This document shows positions 52,321 to 64,000 of a DNA stretch of 64,000 nucleotides, in pieces. The DNA is from Catajapyx aquilonaris (taxonomy: Eukaryota). The stretch spans positions 1-64,000 of the forward strand of contig KZ538079.1 in assembly GCA_000934665.2 (NCBI GenBank), read 5' to 3'. A model generated the notes under the pieces. That model ran no database searches, had not been told where the DNA came from, and saw only the letters and a program-made list of their open reading frames with translations. Made by a program: the position numbers and the translations under genes. Position 1 is the stretch's first letter. Each line of letters starts with the position of its first letter.

Positions 52321-54336
52321 GCCTATAGGGGATGAAATATATATTTGATTTTAAAAACTAACTAGAAAATCCTTGCTTCGCTCACATTTTTCTATGCCTG
52401 CGGTTACGCTCGCTTCGCTCGTGAAAATCATAAGTTTTCGGCAGTGATTATAACTCAAGATTGTAGGATGTGCAATCCGGCCAATCTCTGCCAGAAATTC
52501 TCATTGGTCGCAAATGCAATATATTATGACCTCCTAACTACTTACACCCTCTCAAACTTTACGCCACCTTACAGGTCATGAAACTGACCCTTCAACCGCT
52601 CCATAGGAAGCAATCAATCATACCAATGCTGCCTGCCAACTAAATTCTTCTTTTTTTTTTGCGCGAGTATATTTTGACTCCCGAAAATTACACACTTCTT
52701 CCAAGCTAGACCCAGGTTATTCCCTCCCCAATTTAGTGCCTTAGCTCCGGATAAAATACGAGGTAATAAAGGCCCTACATCATCTCTTGGAAAACGGGGC
52801 ATTAAATCCGGCGGATGGTCCAGAGGAGGGGTGCTTCTTCCAATGGAATCCCCCCCCCCCCCTTCAAAGTAACGTAACTCCTTTTCAAAAAGCTAAAGCG
52901 ATGGCAAAGATTTTTCGGGGAGGGGGTGCGCAGTCTCTTCTAATTGAAAAGAAAGGTATAAGGGGAGGGGGGGCTGGATCAAAGAAGTAGTTCAACACGG
53001 AATCGAGTGGCTGCCCTGATTGGTTGAATAGGTTGGGTTTGAAACCCGATGCAACCGAACCCATAGGAACCCTGCATACCGGTTTCCCTGCCTTTTGAAC
53101 GTCTCAAATAGGCCGTGGACGTGACCGGATTTTTTTTTTAGGTATAGGAGGACCCGGATAAACCCGGCAGATGCTGAGCTTTTTTTTGGGAGGAACACTT
53201 GATATTTCGGCGGGGTCTTATGGGTTTATTAGCGGCCAATTAGATGGCTTTGCTGTGTTGGATAACGGCGTCACGTACGGTTGGCGAAAATTGTGGGCGA
53301 ATTTTGGGGGTTTCTTGGCGTGACTTGAGAATTTCCGGAACCTGTATTAGAGCTAATTGCGCGCAATAAAAGTGGTAGATGGAATTAAAAATGGCGGCTG
53401 GAACCTGGAAGACTATTATTTTATTATGTTGTTCCTGCGTATTCAACTTCATTGTCGAATGTTATTGCAGGCACTGTGATGTCATGATGTAAAATCTGTA
53501 TGTTCAGTACTTGCCTTTAGTGGATAATCTTATGTTATGATTTTAAAATGAGTTCTGATTCTGCATATACAAAAAAAAATCTGGTTAGGATTGGAATATA
53601 TTGCAATTAATTTGAAATTGCTAATGTGACGGTGTATGGGTCCAATTCTGCATTACAGTATTAATACGTTATTGGTTTTAATAATTATATATTTAATGAA
53701 ATTATGCTGCCTGCCTAAGAATATAGAGACAGCATGAAACGGCTTAAAATTCGCATGTATATTAATACCGCAAAAGTAAAACTGTTGGACCTTGATGCTG
53801 GCCACGTTCTTCAAGCAATTATTTTGCAGTGTCAGATATGTACAGCAAAATTAAACTCAAAATTGCAGAATCACAATCGGCAACCAGGACTTTTGCAATT
53901 ACACCTGGCAAAAAACTCAATGAAATATTATTAGCAATAACCTTCACTAAAAATGATGTCAGTTCAAGGGTAAACTCCAATGCTCCTTAAGCAACTTGCT
54001 GACAATTTTTTTATATAAAAGATGATGCTGATGTGATTTTCACTAAACATATGGAAGTGTTATTACAATAAGAGATTATTAAAATGATATTAGGTGCTGC
54101 AGGTTGGTTTCTCAGTTTCGCACCGCGATAACAATCTGGATCTCCTCTTGCAAATTTCCGTATCCGGTCTAATCTTAGCTCTAATTAGACGCAGTAGGAA
54201 ATTATGCAAGTGGGGGCTTTAAGGAACTCCCCTGTTGAAGGGAGCAGGAGCACTCCCCAAAATAACTAATTACACGGTAATGAAGGTGGAAGCAGGAAAC
54301 ATGCGAGCATAATTCGTCTAGAAAGCGGTCAGGTGG

Positions 54337-54339
<3 letters not shown>

Positions 54340-54398
<59 letters not shown>
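54340..54398. repeat. (GA)n microsatellite
   Basis: Direct reading. Confidence 0.97.
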
Positions 54399-54401
<3 letters not shown>

Positions 54402-54920
54402 GGGTTCAAGGTGACTTGCAAACCCTGGGTCATTCATAACCAAAAAGGGTAAAGGTAAAAAAAAAAATTGAAGGGAGCAAAAGTTGCCCCATCATATCGC
54501 ATCAGGTAGTGTTGGTGAAACCCTGTCATTACTCGACCATTTATTGCTCAATTAGTCTCGCCGAACATTAGGTATTTTCTCGAGGGGGCACGTGCACACG
54601 GGCCGATGATGCACTCCAAAATTGGTGCCGGGTTCAAGTGGTGCAAAAAAAAAAAATTACACATATTGTTCCTGATGAATTTAAGGCGGAACATAACCTG
54701 AGGAGAATTCATCAGGTGTCGTTCACCCTCAGACTTACTGTTGTAAAGGTTAAATGAATCGCGCCATGTAACATGCTGCATGAAATAACAATGAGCATAG
54801 ATATGTTTTTATAAGCAAATAGTAATCAGTATTTTTTTAAATAGCTCCGTGTTATTGCGTGCGTAATCAGTGAAATAATATAAGCATAAGCAAATGTATA
54901 AACCCAGAACGAATCAATAA

Positions 54921-55030
54921 TTAATATTAATATCCTTCGTTGTATGACCGAGGCTTCCGATTAACCCCCGTTATGCGCCTGCGCAATGGAGGTAGGCAGC
55001 GCCTCTGGTGAGTGGGAGGAGGAACTAGTA
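54921..55030 (+). repeat. Second copy of the 6096-6300 dispersed repeat
   Basis: Same blocks on the opposite strand, ends CTAG|T. Confidence 0.5.
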
Positions 55031-57694
55031 TGGTATATAATGATATACTGTAATTGTATTAATTTCCTATTGCATAAATTTTATTTTTACCTAGTTTATA
55101 TTTTATTTTGATGCTTCACTCGCGTCTCGTATTTACTTATGTGCTGCGTCAATTGAGCGTCGTGAAGTAATGAGGCACAAAATATACTTGGTTTTTGTGA
55201 CATTTTTTCATAAGGCACACCCTGTATGCGGAACCTTAACAGTGCCATGCAGGGATGATGCTGACAATTATATTTATTTTAGGGGCTTGAGCTTCTTCCG
55301 CCCTCTCTTTTCTCTCAACAAAAATGGTCGTGAGCTGGAAGAGAAAAGATGAAGGATGACGTCCCCAAAAAATGTGGAACAGCCGCTTTGTACAATTTTT
55401 TTTGGGACTGAAGCAAAAGAGGGGAAAGGGTTCAACGAACAGTACATATGTAGGACACTTAAAATAGACAAGTTTTGCGTATTCATAAGCAAGGGTGTGT
55501 TTGCTAAAAATTTATGTTCAAAAATTCTGGGCTTGTCTTTTATAATTTAGTCTTTTCGCCATGTCGCTTTCAAGTTGCCTACGATTTTCTGTCTAGGACC
55601 TAACACCTCTTTTTATATATTTAAAAAAAAAAAACAAGTTAACTGTCTGGCTACGACCGTAAATATTATTTTCCCCTTCCGCCTTCCCCCGCCTATTCAC
55701 GCAAGGAATATTCCATTCGATGCGTTTTATTATCATTACTCCTTGCTTAATGGCGTAAGGCATCGTAAATGAAGGAACATTTTTGTACAATTTTTTTTGT
55801 CACTTACGTAACTTTGATATAATACCCGGGTCCAGGAAGGATTACAGTACTGGCTGGATTCTTCTGGAACGTAATTTTTGCACGAAAGGCTTTAGAAAAA
55901 AAAACGCTAGTGACGTAAAAACATGCGATGATGTTGAAGATGTGCATCTTGTACCTCGGCCTTAGGTTTGGAACAAGTCTTGTCCATTAGAGTAAATTTT
56001 CGAAGTTACGACCCAGCCTGGCATTTGTGGCCTGAGATTGCCATTTTTACAGGGAGACGCGCGTGTACCCTGATAAATAGATGGTGTTCAGTACAGGGTG
56101 TACCATAGGTTACTTCAACCACCAGTCGATGATCTGCCCTATAAATTGTCATGGAGGCCACGAGCTAACTTCCGTTTAAAATGATTACACAATTGTGGCA
56201 TACCATACTGTACATTTTGTAAATTGGGATTGCTATGGGAGTAATGAATGGGTCTAATAGTCACACACAAAAAAATGAAGGGTAATTGTGCCAATTGCAC
56301 GCCTGAAAAGCTCCGGTGAAAGTTGCCTCGTCGGGTTTTGGCGAATGGCCCACACCTTGAACCCCAACCGTTCTCTCACTGTTTTGCTGGGCTTCAAACA
56401 TAACCCAAACACGTGTGCAGAATGGTATGGGGCAAAACCGTAACTCAACCCACGCTGCTGTGAATTCTCTCCTCCGCCTTTTTGTATTCCACGCATGTGC
56501 ACACACCCCACGCATCAACGAGTGCGTAATGTCGATCCGCATCCGCAAACAAGTCTCGACCTATGGAGACTTATTTCCTGAATCTGTAGGGGTTAATTTG
56601 AACTAGAGTAACTCGGGCTCAACTTATTTTCAGCGCCATCTAGCGATGGCGTCTCCGAACTTTTTGGCAACTGCGAGGCTAACTTTGCCATCAACTTTGC
56701 AATCGGATTAACTTCACGACCGGTACACTTCAGATGATTTATACCTTGAAGTAACAGTTGATGGTTTGACCAACACCTTAACAATATATAGCAGTTGTCC
56801 CCAGGCAAGGCGCCATTAAAATCGCGCCTCTTTCCAGCTCCAGCAGCATCATATTGATCGAATCGCTTAAAAGACGACGTTAAGTGAGTTGGAGCGACGT
56901 AAAGCCGAATTTTGTGGCTGTAGCTAAAACGACGCTTCCCATTTATTCCTCGCAACGGGATGATTTGGGAAGCGCCTTCTTTTCATCGGTATTTAGCCCA
57001 GCACCCGCCTGGTAATTTACTTTTTATGTGTTTTCCACCTCGCATGAATACAGCAAAAAGCGGGCTTCAAAAAAACCTGGTACCTATAAAACCGTCTTGG
57101 GTGTTGTCATGTTGTGTCTGAGCAGCCGGAAAACAACTTAACAGTTATTTTTATTTACTCCATTTTTTTGTGTAGTGTGTGCGTGCGTGCAGCATGTGTT
57201 AATGCAAAAACACGCCCGTAAATTAGAGCGTATGTCTTGCAGGTGACAAATATGACCCAGGTCATGTTCTTGGAGTAACGGACCGTCGGTTATGTAGGGT
57301 AGGTACAGAGCACCGCACGTGGAAAAGTGTGGCGTCCAGGTTAAATTTGGAAGTTGGCGGTGCCTTCCAGTTTTCACGGCTGGAAAGCATCAAGGGCAAG
57401 GAGAGAAAAAAAGGGGGGCTCGTTTCGTCCATTATGGAAGTGTTATTAAGTGGCGGAGAAGAACGTACACAAGGGCTTTTGTACGGCAGCAAAGAAGCTT
57501 ATTGCGTTACAGTTGCTTCCGCATGGTGCATTAGGAGAATAGAAAAGGGGGTTCGAGACTCTTCAATTCGGTTACGGAAATGGGCATTTTCTTTATTGGG
57601 AAGGTGTATTTTTAAAGGAATCAGAGTCAGCCTCAGGCAAGGTTTCTCATGGAAGGTTAAAACCAAAATTATTATTTATTATTATTAAAATAGT

Positions 57695-57969
57695 ACCGAA
57701 GCAGGTTGGCACAGTGGATAAGGCGTCCGACTGCTAATCGGGAGGTCCTGGGTTCGAATCCCGGGGCCGGCAACTCTGACCGTGGTTTTCTGTGGTTTCC
57801 CACGGTCCTTCCAGGAAAATTGCGGAGTTGCTTCCGTAATTAATAGGCCACAGCCGCTTCCTTCCGTCCCTATCCTATCCCAAAAAGCGCAGTAAAATGA
57901 AAGCAAAGAGTTCCAGGCAAAACAAAAACTTCCCCCCTAAAGAGCCGATAGGCTGATAACGGAGTATGA

Positions 57970-58039
<70 letters not shown>

Positions 58040-58059
58040 TTCTTCTTCTTCTTCTTCTT

Positions 58060-58134
<75 letters not shown>
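57695..58134 (+). mobile_element. tRNA-derived SINE with (TTA)n(TTC)n(TTA)n tail
   Basis: A box TGGCACAGTGG 57707-57717, B box GGTTCGAATCC 57751-57761, body GGTTTTCTGTGGTTTCCC...GGCCACAGCCGCTTCCTTCC typical of insect SINEs, tail 57971-58134, TTATTATTATTAAAATAGT at both ends (probable TSD). Confidence 0.9.
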
Positions 58135-58136
<2 letters not shown>

Positions 58137-58979
58137 AATAGTCCCTCAAAAAGGGTTATGCCCTCGAAAGGGGCTACATAATAAATAGATAAATAAATAA
58201 ATAACTATTATTAAAATCTATCCGTATATGTTATTTAGTTATATTATTAGTTATTGGAAATTTATTTCATCTATTCGCTATTATATTAGCCATTTCTGCC
58301 ATTTCTGCCATTTAATATTATTAGGTATGATTAGCTATTTGGTTAATGTATTAGTTGTTTATTTGCTGTTTATTTATTATTGTTATTTACTGCATGAATA
58401 TATGTGTTATTTTATTTTTCATTATTACACTGGGTACCTCTGAGGCAAAAGAATATTGAGGTTGTAGCTGATCAGAGGAACGAATCGCCACGAAGCGTAT
58501 TAGTTGCCGTCACATTTTTTTAAAGAGCTCCCCCCTCCCAACTCGGGCTGACTAAAACAATTAGCACCAACACGTCCTGCATGTACTTACATAACAACAT
58601 GCCGTTCACTCGCTCGCGAGCCGTACGTACATGACGTGAGTTTAAAAAGCCCCGCTAACTATCGTGCAAAAGCATCGGCTCCAATTCGTGAAAGGGACAG
58701 GCATGCTTTGCCCCGCTATCAGCAGTGTGCATGTGTAACTATAACGAAATAATTCCCAAGCAAATACTGTATCTAGCCGTAATTATTCCGTCACGGTTCG
58801 CAAATTTTTTGGCCTCAAGATGCTTTTAATCCATCATCATAAAATATCACTGTAAGTTGTAAATAATTTGATGCTACTGTAAACAAGAGCTAATTAGCTC
58901 TTGTTGTAAATAATATCATGTTTTTATTATAGCTTCCCAATATTGGTTTGCCAGAAGATGCCAGTTTCTAATAAGTTTA

Positions 58980-59560
58980 GCTGATATATTAGCTCCCTAC
59001 GACAGATGATACGTGTTAGGCTGGCGAAAATTACTTTCTAATGATAGTAGATTAGATGCGAATAAAAAGGTGTTGTAAATATTAGTACGAATAATATATA
59101 ACAGGAAAATAATATGTAAATAGGAAATATTAACTGCGAACTGGAAACTGGAAATATTAACTGCGAATGCTGCAAATGTTGCAAATATTAGCTTCTTAAT
59201 ATAACGTATTATTAGGTGCCAACATTAGGCTGTCTGAGAAATTATTTTCTAATGACAGTTATAATAAATATTAGCTGAGAATAATTGGTTATCGTATATA
59301 CCGGTACGGGTATATTAGCTGCAAATATATTAGCTTCTTACAACATATTATGTACGGTATATTAGGTGCCAGCATTGGGCTCTCTGAGATATTTTCTAAT
59401 GACAGTTGTAATAAATATTAGCTGCGAATATGTTGGAAATATTAGTTTCTTGCAACATTATTGCAAATATTAGTTTCTTGCAACATATTGCAAGTATTAG
59501 TTTCTTGCAACATATTGCAAAATAATATTAGATGCTAACATTCGGATGTTAAAGATATTA
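58980..59560. repeat. Degenerate AT-rich minisatellite
   Basis: Recurrent AATATTAG core; ~90-bp block at 59186 repeated at 59329; ~27-bp unit ATATTAGTTTCTTGCAACATATTGCAA three times at 59440-59520. Confidence 0.8.
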
Positions 59561-59924
59561 GTTGTTGATGATAGTTATTTTGAATAGCTGCGAACCAGTG
59601 ATAACATTTAGGTCGGAGCTGGCTGTATTTTTGCGAGCATGATTGTAGTCGCAGTGGGAAGGGAGGCGTAACCGCGAGTGGCGCCATGGAGCGGCCCAAT
59701 GGAGAAGCAGAGACTGGCGCGGCTCGAAAAAGATCAGTGGAAAAAGCTCAGTCCGCGAGCCCGATACACACTGCTCGTACTCCACCTGCCTGCACGTGTA
59801 TCGGCAACAATAGAAACTTGCGGGGACAAACACATGTGACACGTGCCGCATTGTTTTTTTTTTCTTGGTTTCTTTTTTTGTTGTTGTTCGGTTTTTGGTT
59901 TCAAAGATGGTGTAAGAAGTGATC

Positions 59925-60136
59925 ATGTTCGGGGTTAGGAAGGACTCGGAGATCATATACCAGGAAGCTGTTCTGGTCGAGGGACTGAGTCGAGACGATG
60001 ATTGTTGCTGGGATCGGTTCAGGTCCAGGTCCAGGCTGGCCCCTAGGACCTGCAGGCCACTGGGGCCGCCCCTCAGCTACCTCAAGCCATTCACGCCCTA
60101 TCAGAATTACTACCTGCGGATCGTCTGCAAGAGCAG
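59925..60136 (+). CDS. Putative alternative first coding exon of the second gene (MFGVRKDSEIIYQEAVLVEG...YYLRIVCKS)
   Basis: CCAAT 59696, TCAGTC 59748, atcATG, coding-like codons, CAG|GTAAAA donor in phase 2. Confidence 0.6.
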
Positions 60137-63100
60137 GTAAAATGAAACATTTTGCCCAGTTTTTTTTCTTTGGCGTGATCCGGGTGTGGCAACGGGTGAA
60201 TTCCGTCACGCTTGCAAATCTTTCGATTCTACTGGGGGTGAACTCATTGTTACAAGTGCGCATTATATTGTTGAAGGTCCAACAATACGCTCTAAAATAA
60301 TTGCAAGTAAAATTACTCAATCAGTATGAATATATGAATACTATTCGCTCAAGAAGTACTTTATTTGGGAATATCCTGAGCGAATTTTTACTGTAAATTA
60401 ACCAACGATTAAGGATGAACGGTTCACTGTCATTAAACTTGGATTACGAAAGTAGAAATTTACGATAATTAGATTTTTCCCACCGATGTGATCGAAAATG
60501 TGAGCAGCACTTTGTTCAAAGCTAATCGGTTAACTCCGGAACAGTTACTTTCCAAAATGCCAGAAGATGGAAAGTAGCTTCTCCATTGCTTTTTGTAAAG
60601 AGTCTGGTTGCTGCACGTTGTTTTGGAAATTAGTTAATTACAGTTCTTTCCACACGTAGCTGAAGTCGAAGGTCTCAAAATTAGTGACCTCCAAATTGGT
60701 GAACAATGTTTGGGAAAACGATTTTCTCATAGGAAAAAACCGCAAATTGAGTGTTATGAATATAATTTCCGATGGGAAAGCACTTATTGCTGGTCTTGCG
60801 CAATGGTTCAAGAACTAGTTTGAAACGCGATTGAACCAAAAATCAACTCAAAAATATTATTTGTGTTAAATGTTGGAACAATTCGAACTGTTTTTTCGTA
60901 GCAAATACCGTTCAGACTGGTCCGCTTTTTCGTGTTGTTTTCAACCAATTTTTTAAGGTTTTAAAAAAAATTATTGACCGCTTCGAAATCATAACGTGAT
61001 TGACGCTATTAATTACAGTAATTATGTCGTATGCAGTAGCGGAACTCTAAAAAAAATTAGTAGCATCTCTCGCTGGAGTTTTCGTGCACTTGCACGAAAA
61101 AACTGTGGGCTTTAATTACAATGCAATTCCCGTTGCATACGATGCGTTCCCACGGTACATTAGAAAGAGAAATCATATGTTATATTTTTAGACACGATTT
61201 TAAACCAGAGTTCAAATAAAAAATTGTGCGGAAAACCACCTAACTGGATGTGGGTTAGAAAAACGTGCTCCTTTTTTGGACAGTTTTTGGCGAATCGGTC
61301 GTGAGATTTTGCGGTTTTTGCGGTTATGCAACATGCCCTCCCAAAAAAACTATACCTCCCGTTTTCTCATAGCCTCACTTTTATAGGTCATGCATCAAAA
61401 AAAATGTCAGAATTATATTTATACATGGGAGGAGGCTACATTTACAAACAGTTCTTAAGGTCGTTTGATTTATTCTCCTGCTATTTACCATATGTTTATG
61501 GTCCTGCTTCATGAAGGTTACAAACTCATAGCACCCTTTAGTATCGAATATATCTGATTGTGCGGAACGTGCTTTCGCCTTATACGGCTTTCTCCTGAAA
61601 TTATGTGCACGGCAAATGGCACAAAGCTACCTGCGATTTGGGCGCAAAATTTGTCAATACTTGCTCGACTGGGTTCAATTGGTGATCAGAAGTTTCTCAA
61701 GGAGAACTGTTGACTCGCGAATCGGAGGCGGTTTTATTTTTCGCGCAGTTCCGCTTGCCTTCAGAGCACACAATCAAGGACACAAAATTTTTGCAGTGTT
61801 ATGTAAACAGGGGGGGCTGAAAATGTCAAAGAGTCTTAAAAATTGCACAAAATTGTTAGCTTTCTCTTGTGTCGTATTTTTGTTGGATAAATGCTCGTAC
61901 GCGGTACGACCAGAGAAAAGGTGAAAGCTGTGTGTGTGACACATCTTTGCGGTGAAAAGAGAAAGAGAAAATTGTCCAATATACTTTTTTTTTTTGTATG
62001 TCATGCTTTTAAAAGCTGGAGAGATATGTGTGTGTTGTTGGTGTTGAGGGTTTTTTTTTGGTGAAGAACCAGCTCTCCTAAGAGTCCCTGACCCTGGCCT
62101 TGCGTGACCAAAGGCTGGAGGGGGCAGGCGTGGCCTCTAAAACTTCGCATCATAACTGACCATGTGGTCACTTTGAAATGCCACAGCTGGAGGACATAAC
62201 CTGCCCCTACAATTTTAAAACGGAGCAGCCCAAGATATGTTAATATATTTTTCAAATGTTAACGACCGACATTATGGCGTGCAAAAATGGATGTTCTAGT
62301 GACCCAAGCTGCGAGATTAGTAGCAGAAGAAAAATAAGGTGCCATATGTTGTCCGAGGCTTCCGGGTCAGTGATGAAAGGACACTTCCAAATGTATGCTT
62401 CGCGTGCCCTAATATCTTGAGGTGTAAAAATGCGAATTACACGTAGAAAAAGGGAAAGCTAAAATTGCAAAATTTGCAAAGGTAATTTGTAATTTCAAGT
62501 AATGTCAATCGGCTAACGATTGAAATAAGTATGAATTTGCGGTATGTTTGACCCTACATCAGCGCAAATTAGCGAATTTGTAATACATAATGACACCTAA
62601 TGGAAGATTTCACTCATTTGTTTTCATGCAACCAGCTCGATAATATTGCGAAATATATAAAAATTGTGATAAGTTTCAAATGTTGGCAATGGTAAATGGT
62701 ACTGTACGTCGGCGTCTAATTTTATATTGATCGGAGAGGTGCATTCTAAAAATTGTGTACAATTAAACCGATGCTGCTCGATAACAATCAAAATAATAGT
62801 CGATATTTTGGCGATTATTATACTCGTATTTAAGACAAGTGCACTTTTTCTATCAGTTGCAGATTATTGTTATTGCAATAACGGATTTCGTTTCATTTTC
62901 TGAGCCGGTGGGCGAAACTTGCGATTTTTTTTTTTTTCGCGGAGTATACCTGAAGAAAGGTGTGGTGTAGGCGAGGACTGACCATGCAGGTCTTTCTGGC
63001 ACCCACACTAGGGCCCGCACACGCCTCGGGTGACCACGAGGCGTAAAGGGACGCGGAACTGGGAAGGTCAACTTTGTGCCAAGGACCAACCGTTACCCTC

Positions 63101-64000
63101 CCTTTCGCGAATTGATCAAAAAAAATTGCAACATTTGGCACGGGTGGGTATGCATATTTCCACTTAATTTTCTACAGTATTCTACGGTATACAACCGACG
63201 CCCCACTTTTTTTTTAAACAAATCCAAAAATCTGTCATTGCGCCACTTCCAATATTTACCACGCCAGAGGGCATCGTTACCCAAAATGTCTCGTAAATTA
63301 TGAACTGGTTCGCCTCAATTATCAGATTTATTAGACCAAATGGAGAAGCGTGGATTTTACCCCTCCAGTAATTGGCCACCGAATGAGCGACCTCGCTCCA
63401 GATGTGTTTTCTTGTTTGCCCTCAAGCCAACCAATTCCCAAGGTGTGTGTGTGTGTGTGTTTTGGCGAAAAAGAAGTAGGCAACATTTAATCCTTGCTAA
63501 AAATTGACACGCACCGTTTCGCAACGTCGCTTTGAGATACCGTATGGCATGAATGGCGTTGCGAAAAAAAAATGCAAAAATCCTCTCTCTGCAACACCTG
63601 CACCCACACTACGTTTGTGTGTGTAATCCCCTGGACAGTAATCGCCTGTAACTCCGTCTGAGTGCATCTCCCAATTGCTGGTACCAGGCTCGTATATCAC
63701 TCTTCAGAGGCGCCTATCGAGAAAGAGATAGACCTGTTTTGTCAGTGCGTGTTGGTTGTAAGGACAAGACATGGGATCGTAGTCATGTCGGTGCTTTACG
63801 ACCGCCTGTTTTGTTGCCCGTGTCGTTGTCCGAACCTGGCTCAACTGGCAGCGACCTTCAGGTATTATGTCACCTCCTCTCTTTTTTTGTAAATATGGCC
63901 GCCATGACAGTTTAGGGCATTCACGTGATGCCAATGGCAAGGTGGCAACGTTGCTTTGAATGAATCTTGGGTGCGGTGTTTTTCCCAATGCAAAAGAATC

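Noticed and set aside
57700..57775. tRNA-Ser(GCT) gene
   Set aside because: Acceptor stem does not pair, the long variable arm is missing, and the sequence continues into a SINE body and tail
57685..58149. Minus-strand ORFs 57685-57906 and 57937-58149 (poly-N/K)
   Set aside because: Antisense translations of the SINE and its microsatellite tail
61616..61924. Another phase-2 first exon (ORF ending AAG|GTGAAA)
   Set aside because: Weak donor, AT-rich non-coding-like codons, no initiator seen

Overview
Eukaryotic, arthropod-like genomic DNA (GT-AG introns, TCAGTC-type initiator motifs, tRNA-derived SINE); no prokaryotic, rRNA or CRISPR features. (1) 6338-14647 (+) holds the last 12 coding exons of a filamin gene of the Drosophila cheerio type: hinge plus the equivalents of human FLNA Ig repeats 16-24, 888 aa in the window, 5' part upstream of the window. 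One intron is GC-AG. Two unannotated-looking in-frame alternative first exons (9174-9378, 12772-12865) would give short C-terminal isoforms. (2) About 1.1 kb after the filamin poly(A) signal, a second + strand gene starts behind a striking ~70-bp-period array of paired E-boxes and CCAAT boxes (17028-17410). Its first exon encodes a coiled coil (17644-17852). The following 46 kb is mostly intron but holds a series of candidate alternative N-terminal exons that all end in phase 2 (47494-47565, 50534-50763, 59925-60136, possibly 19778-19788). The shared body of this gene lies beyond the window; from memory the coiled coil resembles arthropod Pde1c, which is unverified. (3) The introns carry a SINE with a probable target-site duplication, MITE/Tc1-like/Helitron-like remnants, hairpins, micro- and minisatellites. 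Most listed six-frame ORFs are spurious. I found no clearly new biological system; the best leads are the promoter array and the modular first-exon architecture of both genes.
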